Origin: the human T2T-CHM13v2.0 reference genome, Homo sapiens
Length of the DNA stretch: 64,000 bases
Assembly (NCBI RefSeq): GCF_009914755.1
Contig: NC_060929.1
Reading direction: 5' to 3' (one strand)
The position numbers and the translations under genes are program-made. Positions 15,650 through 30,343 of this stretch are shown here, one piece after another. Below the pieces are notes generated by a model, which was not told the origin of the DNA, did no database searches, and saw only the letters and a program-made list of their open reading frames with translations. Numbering within the stretch: position 1 is the stretch's first letter; the number at the start of each line of letters is the position of its first letter.

Positions 15650-18120
15650 TTGTAATTATTTTTTGTTATTTATTTCTAGCTAAATTTCACTGGAGCCAGA
15701 GACAATATGTTGTATAAGTCTGATGTTTTGAATTGTGTTGAGATGCTCTTTGTGAAATAGCATATGGACATTTTTGTTAAATGTTTCTCATGCATATAAA
15801 ACATTGCGGGCTCTGCAGTTGCCAAGTGTACAATTCTTTACATGGCAATTGCTTCATGTTAATTATGTTGTCCCAATCTTTTTTATTCTTTTTTTCCTCT
15901 GTGTGTGCTACCAGTCACTGAGAAATGTTAAAATCTCTCACTATAATTGCACATTTGTCTATTTTTCCCTTTAGTTCTGTCAATTTTTGATTTATATATT
16001 TTGAAGCTGTGTTATCAGGTGCATATACCACTTGTTATATCTTCCTGGTGGATTGACCTTTTAATTTTTCTTTATAAAATATTTCTCTTTCTCTCTAGTA
16101 ATGCTTCTCGTCTTAAAGACTGCTTTGATATTAATAAAGCTACACCAGCTTTCTTTCAGTCAGCATTTATAATATGGTATGTTTTTCCCATTCTTTTCTG
16201 CCAACTGTTGGGAGTTTCTAAATAATTAGGCTTTGTTTTCTTCTAAGTCTTAGAATGTTTTTTTCATTAAAGCATTTGTTTTTTCACATTTAATATAATT
16301 ACTGATACATTTGGGCTTATAGTTACCATCTTATATTTGCATTAGCTGGTTTTTTTTTGTTCTTTATTTTAGAATTTTCAAGTTTTTTTCTAACTATTCC
16401 ATGATCTCCTCTATTAATTTTCTTTTTATTTTCTACTTCCTACTTTTTAAAAATACTTAGAGATTACAAGGTGCATCCTTAGATTAAGGTCTAAAATAAC
16501 TTACTAGTACTAAGTTATTACATCAGTCTACTTCTTGGACAATGCAAACACATTAGAAAACATTAACTTTTAACATTTACCACATAATGTCTTGTGTATT
16601 ATTCTGATAAATTTTAATTTCACACATCTTAAATGTTTTTAAGATGTGATTATTGTTTTCTACAATTATTATTCATTGGGATTTATTCACATTTTAAAAA
16701 ATATATATATTTTTATTTCTCCCACATATCCATGCTTTTGGCTAAGATCATATTTCTTCTGCCTGAAAAACTCCTGTTAGGTTAATACAGGTTTGTTGGT
16801 GAAAAATCTTTATCTTAGCCTAACTTTTCAAAGATACTTTCCCTGAGTGTTGAGTTCTATGTTGGCAGTTATTTTCCTTCATTATGTTTAAATATGTCAC
16901 TACATGGTTGCTTGGCTTCAGTCGAGTCTATTAAAAAGTCAACTGTCCATCTTCTTGTTGCTTTCCAGAAGATAATAGGCCTTTTCCACACTCTGGATGC
17001 TTTTAAGATTTTCTCAGTCTTTGATTTTCAGCTGAAATGTGCTTACGTGTAATTTTCTTTGTATTTATATTACTTGAGTTTGTAACACTTTTAAAACCTG
17101 TAGTCTGATTTTTTAATCAATTAAAAAAATCTCAGCCATTATTTCTTCAATTACTTCTGTTCTACTCCGTCTGCACCATTTCTGAGACTCATACAATACA
17201 CACACAATTCAATTACACATATGTTAGACATTTTTACCATGCCCTACAGTTCTCATGTCTCATGCTCTTGTTTACTTGTTTCCTTTTCTTTCTGTGCTTC
17301 AGTATGGATATTCTTTAATGACATACCTTCCAAATCATTAATCCTCTTTTTAGTGGTGTCTAATATCCTTTGAAACACATCTCTTTAATTTTAGTTATTG
17401 TACTTTTCAGTTTTAGAATTTCCATTTGATGGTATTTTAATAGATTTCAGTTCTCTAGTAAAATTCTCTATTTTGTCTTAAAGTCTGTCAATAACAGCGA
17501 GAGTCCAGTCTCTAAACTCTTTTTAACTTAGATCACCTGGGGTGTGTTTTTATTGTCTTTTCTTCTTTTTCCTGTCTCTTATATGTCCTGTCTCTTGATA
17601 TACCTGCTAACTTTTCATTGAATGCTGTAAATTGACACACATTCACTCATATTCTAAGAAATTGTAGAGGCTCTGGATGATTTTACCTTCCAACAAGGAT
17701 TTTCTTTAACTCTTGATATGGAGTTAGGAGCAGATAACCTTTATCCAACTGAAGATGACACTGATTACAGTCTAATTTTCAGTCTATCAAAGGTCTAGTC
17801 TGTTTCCAGTTTACCTTTATTCCTAGAGTGTAGTCCTTCAGGGGTCCCAACTGCAAACTGGAATATTTTCCAGGAGCTCTCCACTTTGGTTGGCATCCAA
17901 TCCCAATTTTTGTTTCCCCAACAGTGTAAAGATGACTGTAGCTCTGCTTAGTTTCTTAGCCTTCTGCGCGCTTTTTTTTGGTCTCAATTTCCACACAGTT
18001 TTTGGACTGCATATCTTAAGAGAATGCTTTGAGGAAGTGACTTAAACTATCGAATTTTGTTGTCTTCACTTTTCTTCACTTGAGGATCTTGGTATCTCAA
18101 GTCCTGACTACTTTGGCAGG
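15650..18120 (-). mobile_element. Highly diverged ancient L1M (5' ORF2/ORF1 region)
   Basis: T-rich tract with antisense L1 motifs: aaatctctcactataattg, taataaagctacaccagctttcttt, ttggcagttattttccttca, ctcagccattatttcttcaa. Confidence 0.7.
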
Positions 18121-18139
18121 CCTGTATGTCTAATCTTTC

Positions 18140-18328
18140 TCTCTTCTCTTGTATCTGCATATCAATTGCTGGGCTTAGGGCCCACCTTAAATACAGGATA
18201 ATCTCATTCTGAGATCTTTAACTTAATTACATCTGCAAGGACTCTATTTCCCAGTAAAGTCACATTGACAAGTACTGGGGTTTGGAACTTAAGTATGTCT
18301 TTGGGGGACAGTATTCAAACTGTAAACA
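18140..18328 (-). mobile_element. MLT1 LTR 5' fragment
   Basis: ttagggcccacc...taacttaattacatctgcaaggactctatttccc...gggggacagtattcaa. Confidence 0.8.
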
Positions 18329-18665
18329 CACACAAAAGCTTAGAAAATATAGAAGAGCTATGTCAACAAATGTTGCCATCCTGAGCTAAATTGGAGAAAC
18401 AGGGTAAATGTCTAGGAATAACATCCTCCCTGAGTTGTCCACAGAAACTTGAATGTTTTGATAGGAAATGCACTGGGCAGTATTTTATTTCTTACCAAGC
18501 TTAGCTTAACTAAGAGGTTGGACTCATGTTAGCAGGAAGGGTTTCTTCAGCCTCATCTACAGCAGGCAGAGGTCAATGCTCACAGGGATATGGCTTCACT
18601 GCCTGCTGCACAGAGCAGTTATTTCCTCCACAAAGGAAATGCACTGGCAAGCCCCAGGCCATGGC

Positions 18666-19218
18666 TAGAAGGATTTGAATAATCAATTGGATAGGATGAC
18701 TGGTTCTGTGGACAGCACTCAGCCTCTTTCCCCAGCCACCTGTCATTGCCCATGGGCCCATGAACAAAATGGCCATGGTGGCAGGGATGGAGGTTACGCA
18801 TGGGCTCAGCAACATGGACTTCTACTCACCAAGGCTGACCTGGCTACAGCCACTGCTGGGAGCCCAATTTGCCAGCAGCAGAGACCAACACTGAGCCCTT
18901 GATTTGGCACCATTTCTTGGGGTGATCAGCCAGCTACCTGGTGGCAGGTTGATGATATCGGACCTCTTCCACCATGGAAAGGGCAGAGGTTTGTCCTCAA
19001 TGGAATAGACACTTACTCTGGATATGGGTTTGCTTATCCTGCATGCAATGCTTCTGCCAAGGCTACCATCCGTGGACTCATGGAATGCCTTATCCACTGT
19101 CATGGTATTCCACACAGTATTGGTTCTGACCAAGGCATTCACTTTACAGCTAAAGAAGTGTGACAGGGGACATATGCTCATGGAATTAACTGGTCTTACC
19201 ATGTTCCCTATCATCTGA
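18666..19218 (+). mobile_element. HERV-L internal pol fragment (integrase N-terminal and core domains), decayed
   Basis: One frame reads WAHEQNGHGGRDGGYAWAQQHGLLLTKADLATATAGSPICQQQRPTLSP*FGTISWGDQPATWWQVDDIGPLP...GIDTYSGYGFAYP...GIPHSIGSDQGIHFTAKEV*; two in-frame TGA stops. Confidence 0.9.
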
Positions 19219-19932
19219 AAAAGGTTCCCTGCTCCTCCATCTAAGCACGTAGGTTCCACTTGTGGCTGCAAGCTTGGTTCGTGTGGGCATGCTCAGGTTA
19301 TATGACCTTTAAACTAGGGGCCCATGGTAACTGAAAAACAACCCACAACCTTGTTACATAAAAGGAGAACCAGATTGGTCTGGTGCAGTTACACATGTAA
19401 TGATTGAAGCTGTGTTATTAATAAAATGCTTAGAATGAATGATTATCTAGACGGAATTAGAATGGAGGACACAGGGACAGCTTTATACCATTCAGAGGTG
19501 TCTCCATTGGTAGAGTCTGGAGATGGCAGCACATGTCTACCCAAAAGGGAAATTTCAGATCACAGCCTGTCAACATCCAGACTCCTGGGGTCTGGGAAAT
19601 GTGAGAGAACACATGAATATCCAATGAGCCACAGGTTCTCTGCCCCAGGTCCCCATTCACATTTCATCTTGATCTAACTTCATCCCAGTTTCGTATTTTC
19701 CCCAACAGGCTAAGCTACTTTTTCTTCTTTTCTCTCCTCCTTTTCCCCCTTGTCTTCCATTCCTTCATCTCTGTTTCCTAATCTTTGCTTGATGCCATTA
19801 TCGCTTCCCGTTCACAAAAGCAGTCTCCACTCTAGGGGGTGTAGGTGGAGGGGTCAATTAAGGCTGCACTGATCACCACATTCAACGAGTTCCATCAAGT
19901 GGCATCCCCTTTTCAGAACTGTTCACTTAAAC

Positions 19933-20099
19933 CGATGGTTCTCACACGGGAGTGTACGTCAGCATCCTCCAAAGGGCTTATGAAAGCGCATAATTCTGGT
20001 TCAGTAGGTTTGGGGTGGGGCTGGAGAATTTATTTTTTAAACGGGTTTTCAGGTGATTTTAATTCTGTTGACCTGCTCAATACATTTTGAAAAACAGTT
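19933..20099. mobile_element. MER5A-like DNA transposon, internally deleted
   Basis: gatggttctcac...ttctggttcagtaggtttggggtgggg...caggtgatt...acattttgaaaaacag. Confidence 0.7.
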
Positions 20100-23000
20100 A
20101 AACCTGCATTTGGGAGGCAGACTATTTCCATTTTCATGGATGTATTATCATTTAGAGACCCACATTCTCTTCCTACTAACACAGCTGGGGCAGTGTGGTC
20201 AGGCTGGGAAGCGCGGGAGCAGAAATATTTGTTATTTGTTCTGAAAGGCTGAGGGGTAGTTTTGTGGTCAATTCTAAGAGGTGCCTGGGCTTGCTGGAAG
20301 CAGCTTTTCCCATTCCTTTTGGGCTGCCAACTGGGGACTGTTCTCTTAGCCCAGAGCTTTGTCAATGGGAATGTTTACCTGGTGCAGATGGGAAAAACTT
20401 CATTCAGCCTGCACTGAGTGGGGTCCCTTCTGTGTAATGTATGATGTAGGTTTGGGACTGGCTTTTTGGTTTGATGGCCAGGTTTACTAACATTTTGCCC
20501 AAATCTAATTCAAAGAAAACAAGGTACGAGAATAAAATTGTGGAGTAAGGCATCTCAACATTACTGTCTTCTCACTTCAGACCAGTTAATGAGATGTTGT
20601 AAAAGTGGCTGAGAGAACTAACATGTGACCCACTGATTGTTTCCCGCTGATCTCCTGCGTAGCCCATCCTTACTTCCTGCTGTGCCTGCCACTTGTGTAG
20701 GGAATCATAACTTACAATAACCCCTTTCTCTTTCAGGGAACACAAAAAATAATTAAGATCTAACTTATTGTTAGATATCTTTGTGAACAGATGAGTCCTT
20801 TCTATTCCTCTTTTATCTCCACACCTCTTTCTCTGTTCCAAATTTGGGAAGCCCTCAGTTTGATAGACATCTTGAGTCTGATTGCCTTTCACCTCCCTGG
20901 GGACAGAATTGAATTGAGCGAGTGTGAGGATGCCAGATGGCAGGGTAGGGGGCTGCCTTCTGATGAGAGCAGGGATTGAGGGACAGGGCTCTCACTAATG
21001 GTGTACGATATGATTATACTCATGCTCCGATAGAACCTTCAGTAAAACTTCCTCGTTCACTAATGCCTTGTGCAATCCTTTTATGGGGGTTGGGGGTATG
21101 AGCACTAAGAACTCTTAAGTTGGCATCAGATGACCCCATGGGATGACAGCCACATCTCACCCACAAGGTCCACATTCAGCTGTAGGAGTTCTCCTGGGCA
21201 CAGACAAATGCTCTAGGTTGGCAATGCTGACATTATGGGGACTCAGTATTTAGGTTTTATCATTCTTGTGAAATATTTCCCTTGTGTCTTTTCTATTTGT
21301 CCATATTTAAATTCATGCAGCAGACATTTATTGAATCCTTGCTGTGCATTACATGCTGAAGGAACAAGAAAGATAAAGGTAGCTAATGTTTATATTTTTC
21401 TTTAGAGCTTAAAAATGCTGTTGCACTTATCAATCTCTTGGATCCAATACTGCCTCTGCTCTCAAATTATGATGATATCATAAATATGCCTTGTTTAACT
21501 GAAGTCAGGTGTTTGAGAAAAATGAAACAGTATTGAGAGGTACAGGTGTTAACCTTACAATAAGAGCAGGATTTTAAAGGAAGAGAAGACAATTCTTAAA
21601 AATGGCAAGATGGATTAGACTTAATGCCTCACATCAATGAAGGGATTTCAAGTGAGTGGCTGTGTATTTTTTAATAGACCACAAAAAAAATTCTATGTAG
21701 AAAACTGAAGAATTAAAATGGTCGACAGCTTTCCTTGCCTATTTTTGTCCTTTTCTAAATGTACTCCTTATGGAGAGAAGAGTCGTGATGACAGCCCACA
21801 GAAGTGACGAGTGCTTGGGGTCAAATGGGTTTGCTTTGGGGTTGCCAGGAAAGCTTCTGTTTGGATTTGCTGCCATGGCCTGCAGCAAAGGAAGCCTGCA
21901 ATTTTAGCTCTGGAAATAGTATTCAGCTTAAGGTAAGTTAAAAAAAAAATAAGCACCTGTCTCTTCTGAAGACATGTTGTCTTAGACAAATCATTCTTGA
22001 CTTTCTAGTTGAGATGGGCCTTAGGTTGCCTGGAACTACATAAAGATCCTTGGCGTTCATTCTTCCATTGAACCTCTCAGAAAAAAAAAGAATGTCCATT
22101 CTGTGCTACTTAGGGCACAAAAAAGATAATTTTGGTAATATAAATGAGATAGAATATACCATGGCACTACATTATAATGATACTTTCCTGGAATGATGAT
22201 GGTGGTGATTTTGATTTAGAAATCTGCATGAGATTCTGATCCCACATTCCAAGGAGAGCTTTGGAATGGCTTGGGGGCCTTGTATTCCCCAAGAAATCTT
22301 CATTACAATCAGCTCTGGCAATTTATAGAAGACTTCAAATTCTGAGAACTTTAGTCTGTTGAATATAAAAAAGAAGGAACAAAATCAATCCCTTCGTGGA
22401 GGGGCTACATGTCATATTTACGATGAAAAGGAAATGCCATTTGTGCATTTTAGGTTGAACTTTAGAATTCTTCCAGCTCCACTATACGAGGCAAAAGAAA
22501 TAATTGGTTTGTAGCCAGTAATAAAGGCAATCAGCCATAAGGTTTGCTTTGCTAAGTTGTCCCTCCTGTCACATATATGTGCAGTTACACACCAGGAAAG
22601 GGACAGTGCCAGGTTCCTCATTAGCCACTGTGTTTGTTTATGCTGGGGAAGAAGCTGACCACTTACAAAGAGCCAGCTGTGCATGAGCCGGCCTCACCGT
22701 GGTGCCCATGAAGGCTGCAGCCCCTGCCTGCACAGAATCTATGGAACAATACTGTTTATCTCACCTAAATTGGTTAATTACACGGTTTCATTCTGTGTGA
22801 TAAATTCAATGATAGGGGAGGGGAAGAAGCACATGTGAGGAACACCTGCTCCTCCTAGGAGTCAGAGGAACGAGGTTGCTCTGTGAGCGTGCCAGCACCA
22901 GGTTGGAGGGTGCCCTAGACATTGATCTCTACCTCTGAAGCCACCAGGTGGGGTATGGAGTGGCTGGTGGGGTGGGGTCTGATCCTCTGGCCAGAGAAAT

Positions 23001-23149
23001 CTCAGCTGGCCTCTCGGTTCCCCTCAATCTATTAATTACTTGGTGCCATTCAAATATGATCATTTCTCTGGATGTCACTACATGAACAATATTGGGAAGC
23101 ACCATGCTGGAAGATAGGTCCTTAGAGAAGATGGCTAATGCAAGGCTTC

Positions 23150-23380
23150 CAGTTCAAGAAAGAGAATCCTAGGCAGAAACTAAGCATATGAAAAAGATCA
23201 GAGATAACCAGTACCATGACAGTCAGGGTGACAGTGTTTGATTCAGCTGGAGAGAAGGCAGAAGGGAGAGGCAAAGGGCCAGGAATGGAGGGCCTTATAA
23301 GGCCCTTTAACCTCCCCCTAAATCTGAGCAGAGCCATTGAAGGACTATAAGTGGGCTGATCATTCCATCTGTTCTGGTTA
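23150..23380 (-). mobile_element. L2 fragment
   Basis: ctaggcagaaactaagcat...gggccaggaatggagggccttataaggcc...gagccattgaagg. Confidence 0.6.
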
Positions 23381-24257
23381 GAGGAGGCTGGAGCATTGGA
23401 ACCTGGCAGCATGCAAACTGAGTGAGCAGCTTGGGATTTTTTGCAGGGAAACCTGATCAAGGGCTCAACCAAGGCCATAACAATTGTTAAAGCAATCTTT
23501 TGCAAACTGTGCAGTGAATCACAAATGTGGATTTTAAAATAGGCCTGAGCAGACTGCCTGTATGAATTGAAGACAAGTTCTGTAACTACCAGTTAGGGCA
23601 GCTGAATAGATTATTGATTCTTTAATTTCAGGCCACAAAGAAATCATTACATGGAGTTATGAGAGTTTAGGTTAAATTAAAAAAAATTAAATATTTTTAG
23701 CAGAGTACATTTTGCTTGCCTAGGGAGATTGCTTCTCCAGAGCCACTTAGAAATGTCTTATACAGGTACTATCATGGTGGCTGGGACAGTCAAACAAGAA
23801 GGTCAGAGAAAAAAGGAGGTGCCCTCCTGGGTACTTCTAGTCTTAGGGGATTTTATTCTTAGAGTGTGATGTTAATCTTACAACTGGGGATTTGTGCATC
23901 AGCCACCAGGCGCCGTGTTATTTCCCCTTCAGTCTCTGGTAACCAATGATTCTACTATGACCGACTGACATTTTCGCATTCTCACTGAGACCCTGGTGTG
24001 TGGATGTGTGTAATGGTGTTACATTAGGACTGTTCTAGTACTTTTATGTTTTGGATGTTGGGGCATGGATTCAGAATAGTTTATCCTATTCTGAGCCATG
24101 CTGTCGTGGAATTTGCTGAGCTGCGATGGGTGTCTTAAATATATGAGAGTGAATCTCTAGTTTGTTAGCATTTGGAGTTTCCTGAAGTGTAACCAGTTAT
24201 GTTGCCTAAACAAAAGGGGATGTTTGGGCTTGACTTTGTTAGTAGAAACACTGCCTA

Positions 24258-24842
<585 letters not shown>

Positions 24843-25219
24843 CTAGATGCTCTTTGAGTGATGAGATTTTAATTTTGAAAACCAGCAGTGAAACACTCAC
24901 CAACATGTTCCTTCTAGATGAAGCTGCAACTGCAAGACAGTTGTTACTCTTTCGATAACTCGAAGGCAGTTTTAATTATTAACTAATTAGGGTGGAAACA
25001 GAGGCTTGTCATTTTCATTATTCTCATGGCACACATTGTTAATAATTTTCTGGCTTTTGGCATAGTGATATAGGGCACTTCAGTTATGGCTTAAAAAAGG
25101 GGAGGAGGGCACATCTTGGAGGTGGATTAAATAAAGATTTAGCTTCTTTGCCTCAGGATTGATATGTGCCATTTTAAAGCAAGGCTCATGAGATCTCTGG
25201 ATCGAGAGGTCAGTACTAA

Positions 25220-25545
25220 ATACAGGAATGAAAATGCTGCAGGCTCTGGGGAAGGGAGGTGGTTAGTTCTGCCCTGCCTGGGGAGAAGGGGTTCATAGCA
25301 AGCAATTTCACATGGGCTTTGAAGAAGTCAGAATCGGGTAAGGATGGGGTGTGGGAGAGAGAATATATGACAAAGAGAACCAGAGGGAAAAGGACATGGA
25401 TGTGAGGCTGTCGAGCATTTATTCAGTCAACAAATATTTATTGCTGTCTGCTATATGCCACATACATTCTAAGCCCTGGGCACAGCAGAAAATTAAATGG
25501 GCATGTTTCTACTTTCCTGGAGGTCCTAGTCAATTGACAGTGCTC
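25220..25545 (-). mobile_element. L2 fragments
   Basis: gggctttgaagaag...; catttattcagtcaacaaatatttattg (L2 3' tail). Confidence 0.55.
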
Positions 25546-25982
25546 CAAGGATTGTAAGCAGCATGGTAAAGTTGGCGTCGGACAGGGAGCAGGTGTCACA
25601 GTGTCCAGTGTCCAGTGGTGAAAGACCATGCGATGCTGGGTCAAGGAACTCAGGCTCTGCTCTCTGGTCTCAAGGCAGCCCCTTTGCTAAGTGGCTCTAT
25701 GGCTCCAGATTTTGTGGTAGGAGGACCTCAGCCACCCCTCCAAATATACCCAGTTATTTCTGGGAGCAAGTCCCTTGACGTGCCTCTCGTGCATCGCACA
25801 GGTTTTCAACAACAGTCCTCTTGCAGTCTTCACCCTGTCTTTCCTTTCCTGCCCTGGCTGAGGCTCCCAGCTTCCCGCGGTATGGCCCAGGTTTCAAGTC
25901 CCGAGAAAAACCTTATCACACGGGCACCACCTCATAGGAACAGGAGAGATCCTTGAGTAAGTGAGGAGATTTTACGTCCTAA

Positions 25983-26105
25983 TTGGAGTAGTGATTACAT
26001 GAGTGAATACTTTTGTTGGAAGGTACTATATTGTATCCTTAAAATGGGAACATTTTATAAATTATTTTATATCACAATAAAGTTAATTTTAAAAGAAAAT
26101 AAAAA
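25983..26105 (+). mobile_element. Old L1M 3' tip
   Basis: gtgattacatgagtgaatac...cttaaaatgggaacatttt...atatcacaataaag. Confidence 0.6.
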
Positions 26106-26164
26106 TTGTGATGTCCATCTTTTTAGTAACCTCAAATCTTTTTACTTATTAAGGAGATCTATAA

Positions 26165-26385
26165 TTTATTTATTGTTTACTATGTATTGAATGCTATGTG
26201 TTTTACATTAATTATTCCATATACCTAGGATGAAAATACTACTATCATACCCAATTTGTGGCTGGGGAAACTGAGGCTCCCAGAGGCAAAGTAATGAAGG
26301 AGCTAAACTGGTATCCCTGCAGTAAGGGTTGGAGACAGGATTGGAGCACAGCCTTTCTCAATCCAAGTCCTTGCCCTTATCCATT
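26165..26385 (-). mobile_element. MIR SINE
   Basis: actatcatacccaatttg...gggaaactgaggctcccagagg. Confidence 0.7.
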
Positions 26386-26437
26386 CTGTGAAGCAGCCTC
26401 TTTTGTCACAAAGGTTATAATTTTACTTCCTCAGTAA

Positions 26438-27023
<586 letters not shown>

Positions 27024-28236
27024 CTTCTCTTTCCATTTAGCGGCATCATTCTTCATCTGTGGCCAATGCTATCCTAGACCATCACTCAAGGTGAAGCCAG
27101 GGTTGGACTGCTGTGTTTAGAGAAGCCTCAGGTTAGTCTTTGTAGGTTTTGTTCACTTTATAGATCACCCAGGGAGGGCATAAGCCAGTGGGCCATTCTC
27201 ACCCCTGAGGACGGAACTAGACCCTTGGGGAAATCCACACCTCCCCTGCCCCAACTCCTGTCTCTGAGTCCATCTGTCCCCAGGATGGACTAGAGGAGAA
27301 CAGTGATGTCCCGCAGCCTAAAGACTGAAGCCTCTCCCTTGCCCCACGCCCCATGAGGAATCAAGGGTCACTCTGAAGAGAAACTGAATTGAAACTAGTT
27401 CCAGTTATTGAACACCTGAGCTAATGGACTGAGGTCATCCATCTCTATGTACATAGTAGTCTGGAGTGTGAGTTTTGGGGATTTGGGTGGACCATGGAGG
27501 GCCAGGCCTTCTACAGGGCATTGTCCTTCTACGTTCTGGGAGAGAAAGTGGGAGAGGAGGGTGTTGGCCCCATGGGCAGGTCACACCATAGACTCTTACA
27601 TGGCTATTTGCAATAGCTCTGAGCCCCACTCAGGGCAGAGAGGGGATATCTAGAGGTGGCTCTGAGAGAAGATAAAAACTTCTTTAGCAAATTTACTTCT
27701 TGAGAGAGGGAAAAGGAGGGGCCCAGTGACCTCCAGGTTGTACAAGGATATTCTCCTGAACCCATCAGCTTTCCTAGCACCTAACCAAATGGAGACACAT
27801 AGACATACCCCATGAATGGGGATCTAGGAGGATTTCAGATAATATTCAAATGTCTTTTCAATGGTCTTTCTGCGTCCAAACTAATTTCAATTCAAAACAC
27901 ACACTGCTTCATGCATGGTGAGATAGAACTGCTTCTCTCAGGATGTCACCTCACTCAAACTGTTACTGTCTCTCAAGGCAACATTAACATAGGAAAACCC
28001 ACAGTACTGACCTCCACACCCTGTCTCCCAACCTTACAATTTGTATCACAAACAGTGATGGAAGAAGAAAGAGAATAAAGAATAAATTAAGGGGATAGAT
28101 GAATGTAAAAGTGAAGATTAGAAAGATGAAGTAAAGAACAGAGAGGTCTTTCTGGGGATAGAGGGACCCCGAAGAAGAAGAGCTGCTGGTTTCAGAAGAA
28201 CAAAATTGTGGTCACCTCATCTCAAAAAGGGTCACT

Positions 28237-28275
28237 TATTTCCTTTATGGGTCCCATATTTCCTTTATGGGTCCC
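28237..28275. repeat. 20-bp tandem duplication
   Basis: tatttcctttatgggtccc occurs twice. Confidence 0.9.
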
Positions 28276-28445
28276 TTCCTGCCACCCCTTCTGTCTGAAA
28301 CTCATTTTCGTGTTATCCTTTTGTCCTTCCTTCTATAAACTAAAAATAAAGACCCAAGCAACAATGCTCCACCCCCCACCCCACCCACTGACTGGGCCCA
28401 CTTATGGCCAAGAGGACCCCAGAAAATCCTTAAAAGTGAGTTCCT

Positions 28446-29101
28446 TGCTTTTACACTGTTGGTGGGAGTGTAAATTAGTTCAACCATTGTGGAACACAGT
28501 GTGGTGATTCCTCAAGGATCTAGGACCAGAAATACTATTTGACCCAGCCATCCCATTACTGGGTATATACCCAAAGGATTACAAATCGTTCTACTATAAA
28601 GACACGTGCACATGTATGTTTATCACAGCACTATTTACAATAGCAAAGACTTGGAACCAACCCAAATGCCCATCAATGATAGACTGGATAAAGAAAATGT
28701 GGCACATATACACCGTGGAATACTATGCAGCAATAAAAAAGAATGAATTCATGTCCTTTGCAGGGCATGGATGAAGCTGGAAACCATCATTCTCAGCAGA
28801 CTAACACAGGAATAGAAAACCAAACACTGCATGTTCTCACTCATAAGTGGGAGTTGAACAATGAGAACATATGGACACAGGGAGGGAACTTCACACATCG
28901 GGGCCTGTCAGGGGGGTAGGGGGCAAGGCAACGTAGAGCATTAGGACATATACCCAATGCATGCGGGCTTAAAACCTAGATGATGGGTTGATGGGTACAG
29001 CAAACCACAATGGCACATGTATACCTATGTAACAAACCTGCACGTTCTGCATATGTATCCCAGAATTTAAAGTAAAATTAAAAAAAATCACACAAAACAA
29101 A
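28446..29101 (+). mobile_element. 5'-truncated L1PA (approx. PA7-PA10) 3' end
   Basis: ttttacactgttggtgggagtgtaaattagttcaacc...atcccagaatttaaagtaaaatt; TSD aaaagtgagttcct (28432-28445) / aaaactgagttcct (29102-29115). Confidence 0.93.
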
Positions 29102-29737
29102 AAAACTGAGTTCCTGGCCATGATGGGATGGGAGATCAGAGGCCTTGTTACATCCCTTCCCTTTGGTGGTTCAGACACAACAATTGGCCGGCATTACTGT
29201 TAAAATAGAGATCGTAAGACAGGCAGAACAGACGCTTTGTGGCAACAGGGTGCCAAATTATAAACAGGGCCCAAGGCCATTCCAGGCAAGGGTTAAGTCA
29301 CACATCCGTAAACTTAAAGAATCAACTACATTTTAACTGCCAGGAGGTTACTCTTTTTCTCTAGCAGCTAAACAAGCACTGGCCCTGAAATAAGCAATAT
29401 GGAAGCAATTGCAGCTCAGCCACCTCCAAACACTGACTAAGCCCTGCTGCTCCACCAGCCATAACTATAGCTTTAATTGGACAAAACACTGATTTCAGTA
29501 ACTTTCTCCGGTAAGACGACCACCAACTGTGGACTGGATCTGGGCAGTTTACAGTGGGTGCACACTTGCCTGCCTTACTGTCCTGAAAAGACCTTTTGAC
29601 GTATAGGGCCTAATTGTAATACATTTAAATGTTAAGTCTCCACCCCAAACTGAACATGGGTCATATGTTACACGCATGTTTATTCAATATACATGTGTCA
29701 GGACCACCCTCATGAATATTTGTAGTTCTTCCTGTAA

Positions 29738-30222
<485 letters not shown>

Positions 30223-30247
30223 CTGAGTTTTTAAATTGTTGTTAACA

Positions 30248-30343
30248 TTTCCTTCTTTCCTTCCTTTACTTCCCTCTCCTCTTTTTCTTTTTCCCTCCCT
30301 CACTTCCTCATTCCTTCCTTTTTTTCCTTTTTTCTTTCTTTTT
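30248..30343. repeat. CT-rich low-complexity tract
   Basis: ttccttctttccttcc...tttctttcttttt. Confidence 0.85.

Noticed and set aside
18463-18647. 14-bp direct repeat aggaaatgcactgg near the HERV-L fragment
   Set aside because: Both copies lie on the same side of the fragment, so it is not a TSD; probably chance or a small local duplication.
18822-19271. 149-aa minus-strand ORF
   Set aside because: Antisense shadow of the HERV-L integrase fragment; no independent support.
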